Origin: Anthoceros angustus
Taxonomy: Eukaryota; Plantae; Anthocerotophyta
Assembly: GCA_010909165.1 (NCBI GenBank)
Contig: MU008160.1
Location: 1,550,001 to 1,614,000 of the forward strand
DNA: 64,000 bases
Direction of reading: 5' to 3'
Under the pieces are notes generated by a model. It ran no database searches and had not been told where the DNA came from. It saw only the letters and a program-made list of their open reading frames with translations. The position numbers and the translations under genes are program-made. The first letter of the stretch is position 1, and every line of letters starts with the position of its first letter. Positions 16,931 to 29,681 of the stretch are shown piece by piece.

Positions 16931-17678
16931 AGGTGACATTTCGTCAATAACCTTAACAGGTTTTTCGCATCCTCACTTTCAACAATATAGATGGAGTTAA
17001 AATTTTTGCTAGACAAGTTTTGGAACTTAGTATTTTAACTCAAAATGCCATTCAAAAACTCCAACAGCACCACCCATCTCTTTGTTGACTCCAATAGCAC
17101 CACCCATCTCTTTGTTATTCAAAGACCTCATCCAACTATCTATAATATATGATATAACATAGAAGACATATATACATTTTTAAAACTAGAACATCTTTTA
17201 AGCCCACATTCATACTAGCAGCCTATTATAGAATACTGTTGTTTATATGGCTATCAAGTATTCTAGGCTTCGATCGGTACTTAAATGGGGTACCAAGTGG
17301 GAGTGGATGCCCTTGGTGGTACCAGCTTAGGAACACCATGGTACAAGGGGTGAAGTACCAACTCCATCCAAGTGAACTATATATAATACACTTCTTCTTC
17401 TTCATCACATCTTCGCCCTAAAAAAATATTGAGTATAAAATGCTGGAATATTGAGTATAAAATATTGGAGTGCTTCGTCCTAGGAACATTGGAGTATAAA
17501 ATACTCGAGTAAAGAAGAAGAAAAAATTTATTTAAATCTATTAAGATCGTATCGTTGGTACTACTTAACAACTTGTACCATGGTATGCCTAAGCGCAGCT
17601 TGCATCCATTCTCTTTAGGCACCCTATCTAAATATGGATCGAAGCGTATGATGCTTAATAAATATCGACGTTCTCATA

Positions 17679-17778
17679 AATCGCGAAGCCTTAAGCTGTC
17701 TACAAAGTGAATCGCGAAGCCTTAAGCTGTCTACAAAGTGAATCGCGAAGCCTTAAGCTGTCTACAAAGTGAATCGCG
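17679..17778. repeat. Perfect 31-bp tandem repeat x3 plus a partial unit
   Basis: aatcgcgaagccttaagctgtctacaaagtg at 17679, 17710 and 17741; partial unit at 17772. Confidence 0.95.
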
Positions 17779-17918
17779 CTTGCAATTCCGAACGCAAACC
17801 CCGTTGTTGGAGAAGATGTCATTACATTAGTCTTACACGGTTGAAACGCCCCGGATTCACCTGAAACAATTGGGTAGGCAAAACAGCAAATTGACTGCAC
17901 TGGGGTTTGTCTATAAAA

Positions 17919-17990
17919 TGCCTTCACTGAGGATCGAACTCAAGACCTTCAGTTTACAAGACTGACGCTCTACCACTGAGCTATAAAGGC
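17919..17990 (-). tRNA. trnT-UGU: tRNA-Thr (anticodon UGU), no intron
   Basis: Reverse complement GCCTTTATAGCTCAGTGGTAGAGCGTCAGTCTTGTAAACTGAAGGTCTTGAGTTCGATCCTCAGTGAAGGCA. The acceptor stem GCCTTTA/TGAAGGC pairs, A-box and GTTCGA B-box are present, a TTTT Pol III terminator follows directly, and a TATA-like tract lies about 30 bp upstream. Confidence 0.96.
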
Positions 17991-18678
17991 CTTTACATCA
18001 TCACTTTATGCCTTAAAGTATTTATAAAAATACAGTAATATCCCTCGGACCTAAACCCCATATGCTGTTGGTAGGCGGGTAGAAATGATGAGCTGAGCAT
18101 ATTCTTAGTCTGGACTAACAGGATGCCTTCCAGGTGCCACTAACCGCCGCGGTAACGGCGAGCCGCACACCATGGCTTGTTAAAATCACACTACGCTACG
18201 CACTGCTCCGCCTGGCTGCCGGTCTCACAGATACGATCGCACTACAATTGCGCTGCTTGCGCGCTCTATCTTGCAGCTGCAGCTGCAGCTTTGCTCTTCT
18301 CCGGGGCCCAAATCAGGCTGGCAGTGTGAGACCTCCAACCTTGCCTACTCGGCATTGCTGTCGCCTGATGGAATCCGGAGTCTCTTCGCTTCCCACACTC
18401 TTGTCGCTTCCGGCGCACTCAATTCCCAGGCGCTAACGAAGGTAAAGCCCGCCGTAATTCTCCTCTCCTTCCATTCCTTTGAACAAGCACGTGAATTTCC
18501 GCTTTCCGCCTTTCACTGCACATCGTGTATGTCCATGCGCTTGCTGCTCCTATGCCGGTCCGAGGCGACTGATTTGTTCATATGAGTTGATGCAGCTGGG
18601 AGGCATCGTCTGTGCCCCTGGATTGGCGATGAGCTGCTGAAGGTGTTGCATCAGGGAGGAGAGTGGACGGTCGCAGCG

Positions 18679-21485
18679 ATGGCCTCATCGTCCTCCTCCC
18701 GAGTGCCTTTGTCTGGTAGCGGGCAGAGCATGAAGACGTCAGGCTCGGAAGCCTACTACAAGAGTAACCTCGACCTGCTGCTGAAGGAGAACAAACAGTT
18801 GAAATTGCGACTCGAGCAGCTCGAGAAGGAGAACCGTGGTTTGAAAAAGGCCGTGTACGACCTGAGCGTGAGGTGAGTCTGAGAGGTCTCCTTTTCAGTG
18901 TCGCTGTACGATCATTCGCTTCCCTTCCGCATATCGTACCTGATTGGCTTCGTGCTGGCTGAACCAGGCACAGTGCATGTATTGAGCATATGGGGAAGGC
19001 AGTCAATCGTTTCGACATGGACAGCATACTCACTCCAGAGAGTGTGTCATCTGATCATGTGGATGGTGTTCGTCTTCCTGACCTCGGAGCTCAGAAGGCT
19101 GTGCATCAAGGTAGGTGGACTCCTGTGGCCATTCCTGGCTTCGGATTCTTTAGCTCGTCTATGACCGTTCCAGCCTGGCTCTTAGGTTGTTTTCACTGGT
19201 TCTTGCTTTGCCTCTTCTTCCAGGAGTAGGTGGCACACAGTCCAACCGGAAGGCCGATGGCAGGCAGTTCCTCCATTTGTTTGACTTCAAGGTCCTGGCT
19301 GTCCCAGTGAATCAAGGTTCTAGGGATCTCTTTTCCTCTTCTGGACTCTAATCAAGTATGGTCTGGTCTGTTATGTGCTGTAGGGTCATTCAGGCTCCGT
19401 TTACGCTGCTCAGTTTTCAAAGACAACTGGACTTCTCGCTTCTGGATCCTTTGACCAAAGTGTTCGTGTGTGGGATGTCAAAACGCAAAGAGAGGTGTTG
19501 GTTCTAGGGATCTCTTTTCTTCTTCTGGACTTGGATTCCTGTTCACGGTTTACTGTTCATGATTATTTTCTTGCTCTTTGGTAAAAGGTTCTGTGTATGG
19601 GATTTGAAACGCAAAAAGAGCTGCTGATTCTAGGCATCTCATGTACGTGGACTCCTGTTCAGAGGCTTCGTTTTTTCCTATCTTACCTTCTGCTCTCTGG
19701 CCGTCGTGTGACAGGTTCTTTGTCTTCAAGAACATCAGTTAAATGTATCTGATATTTGCTGGTCAAATGATGGAACTGTGCTTCTGTCTGGAGGGTTTGA
19801 TCAATGTGTAAAGGAGTGGGATGTGGTGAAAGGCAAATTGCTGCACTCATACAACGAGTTGCAGGGTTTCATTCAATCTGTCCGCTTCAACCCTGCAGGT
19901 ATGTGGTGCCGCTGTGCCTCTTTTGGGAGGCATTAACAGTAAATCTGTCAGGTTGTGGCAAAATTTGACCATGCCTCCTTGTGCTACTTGCAGATAATGA
20001 TGTATTTCTAGTTGGTAGTACCGCAAAGCACATTTACGTCCTTGATCGGAGATTGCATACTACTGGTGGGATAGTTATGGTGCTGAATAATGATGCAAAA
20101 GTGAGTGCATTAATTCTGTACCGAAATGGCATTGCCTGCTTATCTGGAGATTCACATGGGGCGATGAAGTTGTGGGATTTACGCTCAAAGGCTTGTGTAG
20201 AAACTGTCTACAATGAAGATACACACAAACCTATCACATCTTTGGATATGTCACTCGCGCCTGACGGTATCCATCCCCAGTCCTTGGTGTCTCAGTGATC
20301 TTTCTGCCAGAGAAAGTGGAAGTCTATCATCAAAGTGCATATGATCAGGAGTGCTTCAAGAAGTGAGGGCCTTTTGCAATCCATGCCCTCCATCTTTCCA
20401 CATCCTCAGCATCCAAAAAACTAAGATTGGCTAGAAGGTCTTGTTTCACTAATGCCGTGCCTCCGTCTTGCCCATCCCTTCTCTCGTCTGTGTGACCTCT
20501 CTCTCCCCCTCACCTGGTCATTGGTCCAGCTTTTTCTGCTCTGCGAGACACCTTGACCAACCTCGCATTGGAAATTGTTGTGCAAATGCTGTCTCTTTTG
20601 CAGCTCATGGAGCAGACGATGGACGGCATATTGCTGTGAACAGCTACGACAATGGTGAGTGTGTGACCTTAGCCTCAGGCAACATGTGCAACCACATACA
20701 TGTCTCCGCAGCACTCTGACTGGGAAACACCTTGCTGGGTGGCAGTATTGAGAGTATATGACAACTTTAGTGTGATCGAGCAGCCACAACTTCACATGGG
20801 TGGGTTGAAGTTGGTGCATGCCATCAAAGGAGCACGGACGAAAAACTGGCCCATCAAAAGTTCTCTCTTTCAAGGCCACAACTGTGAGATAGAAGCACCC
20901 ATGTGATGTTCATAGGGAATGCATCAGGTGGATTAGGTTATTTCGTCTGACGATTCTTTCTATGCAGTTCACCACACCTTGAAGAAGCGATCAGTGAAGC
21001 AACAGGAGACTCTGTCTGGAAATGGAGATCACAGATTATGGAGCCAAGATACCGAGTAAGACCTCTGAGTTTCACATGCTCTGTGACTTCATGCACTACA
21101 AGACCTACGAGCTTCCCAGTGTTTGATTAACACATGGTGGAGTGCATACAGGTCTTTCCAGGACATCACTGTGCAGGAATCCTTGCTGGTGGCAACGGGA
21201 AGTGCGGATAACCACGCCTACATTTTTGACGTCAGTGGACCTCCTGTAAGCAACTGAAACCCTGACCTCTGGTGAGGGACCCCGTATGTTAGATATACCT
21301 CTTATTCGTTCTTGGTCGGAGTGTTGCAGGGTACCGCAGAGCTGATTCAACGGCTGGAAGGGCACACTGACAGAGTATGTGCTGCCGTGTTTCACCCTCA
21401 AGAGCCCATCCTAGCGACTTGCTGTGCTGATTTCAACATCCGGATCTGGAGCCCAAGATCTCACTTCCACGGTAGTTTGAGCTGA
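18679..21485 (+). CDS. WD40-repeat protein with an N-terminal coiled coil, multi-exon; family not recognised
   Basis: MASSSSSRVP...LLLKENKQLKLRLEQLEKENRGLKKAVYDLSVR (coiled coil). WD repeats: KGHSGSVYAAQFS...LASGSFDQSVRVWD; EHQLNVSDICWSNDGTVLLSGGFDQCVKEWD; LSGDSHGAMKLWD; VATGSADNHAYIFD; LEGHTDRVCAAVFHPQEPILATCCADFNIRIWS. GT-AG introns. Confidence 0.88.
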
Positions 21486-23422
21486 CAAGGATGATTGAAG
21501 AACATTTACGGGACTTGAGGGGCCTGTGAGGCTTGATCAACCGATGCACCCTGCACGCTGGTCAACATGACCGGGCCCAGTTCTCGAGCCCCTTACCTAA
21601 CAAGACAAGTATGTTTGTGGATATTGGATCGTTTGATGAATCTCACTGCCCCCAAAGACGGAACGCACCGCCGGCATTCCTAGACGCTCTTCACGCAAAT
21701 TGAATTATCTTGGAGAGATAAATCTATCACTGTACTGGTAGTGGAATATATCAGGTCACGAGAAAAAGAACAAACAATTTAATAAAATCAACTATGGACC
21801 GCTTTAAATTCACTCTTGTGAACCTAGCATCCTTCAGTCACACCACACTCTTGAATATCTTACTTACAGTCTAGTCAAATGTTTCCAAGTTTTGCTTCTT
21901 TCTCTATTTTTATTAGTCACAATTACTCTTAATAAATTACTTGATTTTAAAGGTTAAACTTAGGTTTGAGGTATAAAGATTTTATGTTTATATAATAGTG
22001 TACCTTTATGTGATAAACCACAGGTTATTCAATTTAATTCAATGGTAAGTAACTGGCATGATCAACTCTCATGTGGAAGTACAAGACGTTCACTTGATAC
22101 GACAACGTTCACTTGATAGGACAACATAAAATTTGACAGACGGTTTGGAAAGATAAAATATATACAAGTATCACACATATGAATTTGATCTAAATAATAG
22201 TATTTTATCTAAAATATATGATCAAAATATATTATCCAATAGTAGTGACAAGCTTGCTTGGAACATGAAGTAGATCCAATAAACTATTACCTAGTTCAAG
22301 CACTTTCCTACCTACAAGTACATATAATCTTTTCTTTTGAAGAATTAAAAATAAATTAGCAACCCATACTTCCCCGGTAGATAGCAGTGGGCTACTAGTT
22401 GGATGCCAGCTCTTACTCTCTTTTTTTTCTTTGGAAGGATTAAAAAAAAATTATCTATCACTCTATTATTATGAAGGATTAAAAGAAAATTAACTATCAC
22501 TCTTTTCTTGTGAGGGATCAAAAGAAAATTAGCTCTCACTCTTTTCTCGTGAAGCGGCTGCTAGTTGGCTGCTAGCTCTCACCTACTAGCCAGCAGGGAT
22601 GGTCTGTTCCATATAAAGGATTAAAAGAAAACTAGCAACCCGTACGCCTGAATCAGCTCAGCTCAGCTCATACAGTATGAGGATGATGCGTACGGACTAC
22701 GGTGACGAGGATGGAATATTGACGCCTAACGCCTAACTAGATGGAGATTGGCTCGTGTTTCGTTTGGGTGTTGTGCTTTCGACGGCCTTGGCCTTGGCCC
22801 ACAGTGGGACTGAACGCATCACTCACTCACTCACTCACTCACTCGCACATTTCGCTTTCATCGGAAGGAGACGCCAGTGGCAAGCCATGCTTGCTACCGC
22901 TACGGCCACGGCCACGGCCACGGCCTTACGCGATGCCATGGCGACCCCTGCCTGCTTCTTCCCGCCTCCCTCCACCCCCTTTCTCGCATCCACCGCTCCC
23001 GCGTGCCGTCCGTCGCTCAGGTGCGTCCGCCTCTCCCGCGCTGCCGGTTGCTCGCTGCTCTCCGCCTCCGCATTTCCGCCCGCTTCAATCCGCTCTGGTC
23101 GGGGAATTGCTTGGGGATCGGATTGCCGCGCTGCAGTGTAGGCTGAGATCCGCGCTCCCCTGCCCTGTGAAGTGTTTTGTTGTAGATCCCGACTTGGAGC
23201 TTCCCGTTGCGGGCTTTTCTGATGGAGGAGCAGGCTTCCCCTTCCCCGAGCTTGGCGCTCAAGGCTCCTGCCACGGGTGAGTTGCATCGGGTTCAAGCCT
23301 GTGTTGTTTTGGTGGAGAATTGAGTGTGAGGCAGCCGTGCAAGGGAAGCGTCCGTCCTCTAGCTGAGGATGAGTGGAAGGAGTGTTTGCACGGATTGTGT
23401 GACAGCTCTTGTGCGGCATGCA

Positions 23423-24780
23423 ATGGCAGGGCTGAGCCTTTCGGACAAGGGACAGGCGCAGAGTGATTTACTGATTTTCGCGCTGGCTGGGATTAGCAAC
23501 ATGTGTGGAGCAGCCGTCACCAATCCCGTCAACGTGATTAAAGTCCGGATGCAGCTGGACGGTGCTCTCGCTTCGTCTCACCAGGTTTCGTGTTGCTCGT
23601 TACCTACCACTTTGAGAGGATGATGGCAGGCTGCTGCGTACGCTCTTGTCTGCCTCTTTGGTTCACTCTGCCGCTGCTCTTTCCGCAGGGCAGGCGCTAC
23701 CGGAGAATGTTTCCAGGCATCCTCCAAATTGCCCGAGATGAGGGAGTGTCCGGTTTGTGGAAGGGCACAGGTGCTGCTTTGATGAGGGAGGCGTCTTATT
23801 CTAGCATACGCATGGGCGCATACGAGCCTTTGAAGAAGGTAGCTCACATCATACTCGCATACCTTTTTGGTGGAGTGGATTCGCTGCTTCAAGTTCGGCC
23901 TGTCTGATGGAATGCTGGCATCCCACTCCGTGCTCAGGTTCTTGGAGGGGAAAATCCTGCACACACCCCGCTGTGGGTGAAGCTGACAGCAGGAGCATGT
24001 GCAGGGGTCTTTGGCAGCGCTATTGCCAATCCCACGGATGTAGTTATGATCCGCATGCAAGCTCCCTCCATGGGCGTAGGTTAGCTCTGAACGGATTCAT
24101 CTTGTAGTCATCTCATCTTGCTGTTGTACGTAAGGGTGCAATTGATCCGGACCGGCTTATTGAATGATGTGCAAACTTGCAGGTGCTGAACAGTGGGGGT
24201 ACAGAGGACCGATGCACGCTTTGGGATCCATAGCCAAAACGGAGGGGTTGCGAGGTCTGTACCGTGGAGTGTGGCCCACGATGCAGCGAGCTGGTCTGCT
24301 CACTGCTGTGCAGATAGCTAGCTATGACCACACGAAACACGCTCTGCTCAACTCTGGCTGGATGGAGGAAGGCATTATGTGCCATCTCTCGTCCTCCATG
24401 ACAGCAGGCCTCATGACTGCCATCGCCATCGCTCCAGTCGACCTCGTCAAAACACGGTCAGACATCCCCTTCTCAGTTTTCGTGCGCTCCTCTCCTCTCC
24501 TCTTCTCCTCTCCTCTGTCCTCCCCAACCCACCCAGCTTCTAACCCTTTCTTCCTTCCTTGCTCCCAAGCAGGATCATGCAACAGGCTATTCAAGCTGAT
24601 GGAAATGGCACCCTTTACAACTCAACATTGGAGTGCTTCTGGAAAACTCTCAAGTCCGAGGGCCCTCAGGGGCTCTACAAGGGCTTCATTCCCGTGTGGA
24701 TGCGAATTGGGCCGCACACCATCATCACTTTCTTCGTCTTCGAGCAGCTCCGAAAGTCTCTCGGACAGCGCCCCGTCTGA
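23423..24780 (+). CDS. Mitochondrial carrier family (SLC25) protein, UCP/dicarboxylate-carrier-like, multi-exon
   Basis: Three MCF repeats: NPVNVIKVRMQ, NPTDVVMIRMQ and APVDLVKTRIM, with GLWKG/GLYRG/GLYKG motifs; RIGPHTIITFFVFEQLRK ending. The start codon is uncertain; upstream exons at about 22900-23280 look like 5' UTR. Confidence 0.9.
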
Positions 24781-27700
24781 ATCTATTTAAAGTCTTAACA
24801 GAGCACTCACAAGGAAGACCATTTAACCATTATATTTGTACATATTCCAGACATTATATACCTAGATCGAAATACATTATACAATGGAGTGCCTCCAGGC
24901 TCCGAGACTTCAATCACTCGAATCGGGTTTCCTGTTTGGCACGGGCACCACAGTTTGCCGTTTGGTAGCTTCCATTGTCCACATCTTGGCATCTCGAAGC
25001 AGGAGCCAGGAGCTGCATGCTTTGTTATCGCCGACTGAAGCTGACCTCGACCAAGATAGCACAAGCAGCAGACATGGGCAACCAGCAGCCAGGAATCTGA
25101 CAAGCCAGACTAGGACACCATACGGGCGTGCTGTGCAGTGTGGACCCGGTATGTCTACGGGTGCTTTCCGATGTCTCTGCATCACGTGACTTGCCAGGAA
25201 ACCAAGGCGATCCGGTACATGTACATGCAGTGTGCTGGATGACATATTTCCTCAAATTATCTCTTCAAGAACATCCATGATTCCACCGGAATAACTACCT
25301 AGTGACAAAAACATTTTCCGCTTCGATTGCGCAGCTCGCGCGGAACTTTCTTCCTTCCTACATTTGCTTGAAACCAGCTGCCTCACACTGGCAGAGAGTA
25401 CCCTTGTTCACGAATCCGGCCTCTGCGTGAAAGTGCTAGTCGCGCCTGAAAGTTGCCATGGAACGAACATGTATGTTGCCCTCCGCCAACGCCAAGAAAT
25501 ACACAGGGAAGGCACTTCACTGCGTCGAACGATGTCTGTCATATTGAGATGCGGCCTTGCCATGCTGTTGCAAGCTTCCGCATGGCCTGATTTTTGTGGA
25601 AAGGGCATGCGTGTGGGCGGGGGAGCGGGAGAAAAGCGAGGACAGACTAAGCTGCCAACGCTGATGTCGCAGGTGTAGAAGGAGGCAGTTTACAGAGTGA
25701 AGGCCCCAGGGTGAGTGAACTTCAGGCCGGCAACAAGACACCGGGTAGGGATCCTCAGATCTGCAGTGTTCCGGGTACGCTAGAGTAGGGCCGGATTTGT
25801 GGCAGGTTGCTAAGCTAATAATAATAATAAGATTGTATGTAACCTTGCTGGGTGTCCGTGGGGTTCATGCCCAAATGCCCAACCCCAAAGCAGGCACCAG
25901 GTTTGCATCAAATCTCGCGCAGTTCATGCATGCCTTGGTATAGGTCACTTCACAGCTGGCAAGATCTGAGTGCGTAGCGTATGTATCGTCGTTTTGTCAG
26001 GAGAGACTGGCAATGCATTGTGAAGTGGAGAATCTGGTGGAGAATCTTATCGCTCGTGTGGCAAGCACAGCTCCTCTACGTACAGTCCACCCCCCCCTAA
26101 TTGGGACTGGTTCGGAGTGCCTTTAGAGGTCCCATTCAGGGAAGTGTCCGATTACATTTCCTTTATTTAAAAAATATTATAAATATTATAAATTTTTAAA
26201 AATAATATTACTCAACAAAATTTTATTTCTATTTTTATATTACCTGATTAAAAATAAATATTAAAATAATATGATAAATTAACCTTTAAATATTTTTAAT
26301 TAAGGCTTGCCCAAAGCTCATTCCTAGAATTCAACATGTTCTTCTTTATTTGGCTCTCCTTTATTGGACAATTCTAGACGGAAAACCCTATTAATTGGAA
26401 CCCTCTTATTGGGCCCTTTGAGCTTCCTCCATTTGTAAAGTGCAATGGGTAAATGAAAAGCCCCTCTAATAATAAATGAGAAGTTTGGGACACATCTTCT
26501 GTCATTAGCAGATGTTGAGTTATGTATGTCAATTAATTGATTAATTAAATTAAATTAATTACTTAACAAGGCTTAAGAAAATTAATTTTTTAATTAGGGA
26601 TGACATAAACCTTCATATAAGAGGGCCATGGTAGCTCATATAGCCATCTCCTTGCACAAGTAGATCTTTGGTTTTCCACTCGAACAGCTAATAGCATCTT
26701 GGTGGCTGTTGTCCCTCCAGACTTTTTGCAAACACATCCTCCAATATTTAAGCTCCCTTTAACTCCCTTGCTAGATGCTCTTGCTAGGCTACCTTGGTAG
26801 CTTGCTCTCAGTACCATGCGGTCTTTCCACACTGCGGTCTCCCCTCATTCCTCTTGCTATCCTTAGCCTGCCCAATCACATACCTTGATCAGCCTACCAA
26901 CATTATTGATATTGCAACCTTTCAACAGAGCATGGAATCACAACATGTGGTATTTTGAGTCTACTTCCCTGTTCCATAGTATGCTGATGATTTGTTCTTG
27001 ATTGCTTGCTTCCAACAGCATCGTTAGCAACTTCTTAGCATCGATTACAGTTGGAGTGTGATATCCCCATGGCCAAAGCCTTGCAGATGAGGGTCTCGGA
27101 TTTTCCATTGGCCAACCAGAAATATGGGCGATGAGCACTCAATGGAATTAACGAAGGGAGTGGGAGATCATGGCTAACCACCCATGATACCCTTTGCAAG
27201 CTTTGATTTTGTTAGGTGATATTGGTTACAAAGTCCTAGCAATAATGTCTGCTACATGTAGCAAGTGATGCATTAGTCTCAAACATCTGTTTCTCAAGTG
27301 ATGATCTCCTTTGAATAAAACCTTACTTTTCTCTTACCAGGGCTTGCACTTTGTGAGTTGTCTGGTCTCTGTTTGAAGATCGTTGTGCAATGTCCTTGCT
27401 CTAATTTTTCCATCTTGGACACTTTGTGCACGTGCTACATATTGGCAGTCCGTGCAAGGCATCATGGCTGAGAGATCATGTGACAAAGAGGCTAATGGTC
27501 GACAACTTGACCTGCATAAGTACTTGTAGCATACAAGAAGAGGAAGTGTTTTCAGAACCTGCATTGTGTTTTTCAATTGTGGGCTTGTCTTGACAAAATA
27601 TAGTGAACGTCCCGCAAACACGGTTTAATCTTAACACCGTGCTTGATGCGGCCCTTGACTTGCACAATGCTAATAACCCTTCGACCTGCAGCCGTTCCTC

Positions 27701-29681
27701 CAATCTGCTATGGCCTGTACAACGCACTCAGGTTTAGTCAGTCTTTTGGCAGACAGCTTGATTAGTGTATTTGAGCAATCTTACCAGCCATTTCACGATG
27801 AACGCATCGGACATGTTCCTGGAAACATGGAAAATTACTATCATTGTGCCTGCTTTCGAGGTTGGGAGCTGGGCTGCATGTACAAGAACATAAAGATCAT
27901 CCACTGGCGTTCGTATGAGGGAACCCTGCACACCCCATGACTGCGGGGATCCAACCCAGAGGTCATTTAATTACAGACTTCTAAGGACTTAATCTAACTT
28001 GTGCCAATAAGTCATATTCGAGGGTAGGTGATACCAATAACAAACCAATACCTACACTCGAATTGTATTAGGCTGAATTTGAAATAGTCGCTCCAGGGAC
28101 CAAATTGGGTGTCTTCACGTTTGTTCTTTCCTGGGTGCGTGTGCTTATGTGGGGTGGTTCATGTAGCTTTGAATAGTGATTGTTTGTGTCTGCCGTCCCT
28201 TTTCTCATCGCAGGCAAAGCTTCTCTATAACTCCTAATCGTCGATATAGTAAGCAAACACGGAACTCATAAGTGTAATCACTCTTGCTAGCGATCCCGAT
28301 CTTGAATTTCATTCCACTTTCCATTTTCCCATAGTATACTAGAGCACATTAGTTTAACGCAACGGCTATGATGGCTATGATGGCTATGATGTCTAAACCT
28401 TTGGCACTCAAAGTGAAGGTGTGCTGCCCTTGCAAGTAGGCTTGGCACTTGGCTGGTACACATGGATGCTATTGAATCGAGTTCCAAAGTCTGTACTATC
28501 AACATAATATACCTTGAGCACAAAATTTCAATTTTCTTAGAGCTGTTGACGGTTGTTGCCGAGTCGTCTATGCATTTTATGTAAGTACTGGTGAGACTAC
28601 ACTGGCGCCACCTACACAGACTCCACGCAGAAAGGAAGAAATATAGGCAATACAAGTATCCTGGAAGCGGGGCCTCACACCTATCGTATAATCCAACACA
28701 TTCTGGATTGGAGTAGAGTACGTACATCTCTTGGTCACGGGACGGCAGTGTACTTAGGTAGTAAAGACTGTGAACGACCCGTTTGCGTAAAGTACGGATT
28801 TCTCTTACTATTAATAACATGCGCTGCTACACAGTTCCGCCAATATACTGTTAGCCGAGCGTTAGGTGGGGTAATTCAATAAGTCTCGTAACTAAAATGG
28901 ACTGACAACTACAAAGATCGTTGGTTCCCTTACTTCCGCTGTCTTGACGACCCCCACAACATTGGAATCAACTAGCTCTTTCAATGTCAAAATCGGCTAC
29001 GGTATCACCTCTACCAGAGCCACGGGCTGTTCACCCGTGACGTCGCGTCCCCCACTGACACAGAGACCAGCTTTTCCCCTGTACTCGGCCTGGACCTGTC
29101 TTGGTACCCTTCGAAAAAATTCGAGGCCTCTCCGCATCATCCACAAACTCCGACTTCGAGTAGCTCCAAGCAGGTTCCAGGTTCCAATCCAAAGTGCCCT
29201 TGATGTCCTAGTTTTCAGATGTCCTATTACATACCCCTTGCTCCTCAACATCAAGACTGATCGGAGTCCGCAACGGATAAGATCTAAGTTCAACGACGCC
29301 ATTATGATCCAGTAGCACAGAACATGAGCCACCACAGATGAAATAAGGAAGCGAATACACTTCGTTATGATCACAACGCAACAACTTCGTAACACCCAAC
29401 ATCGCAGCAGCCTATCTACATGTTCTGACTATAGGAGTATACTTAACCAGCAAGGTACTCCTCTGCAAAAATGTGACTGACCAGTTAAGAATATCCTCTG
29501 ACCTCCGCTGTTTCAATAGGTAATCATGCAAGCAACAGGCATCCTTATTTCCTTGCAGGCATAGATCAAGCATCATTATTTGACGCCGGGGATAAGCTGC
29601 GGTCTGAGGTCCTTCCCTGAAAACCAACAGTGATGTTAGTCCGTAGCCCTCCATAGCTGCAAACAGGTCCACGAAACACAA

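Noticed and set aside
16795-17778. Short tandem arrays (34 bp x4, 31 bp x3) as CRISPR-like arrays
   Set aside because: The units abut with no unique spacers, no cas genes are present, and the DNA is eukaryotic. They are simple tandem duplications.
22755-23280. Transit-peptide-like ORF (MATPACFFPPPSTPFLAS...) as an N-terminal extension of the carrier
   Set aside because: Every donor/acceptor combination I tried hit a stop or a phase mismatch before 23423. Treated as 5' UTR or uORF pending cDNA.
26590-27140. In-frame degenerate minus-strand ORFs (…WLYELPW…) as a CACTA Tnp2 relic
   Set aside because: A single weak motif; no CACTA termini or DDE residues found.
27550-27940. Possible GT8/glycogenin-like pseudogene (FNCG...IKIIHW)
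   Set aside because: Only two short motif resemblances across frameshifts, with no DxD or KPW in frame. Too weak without an HMM search.
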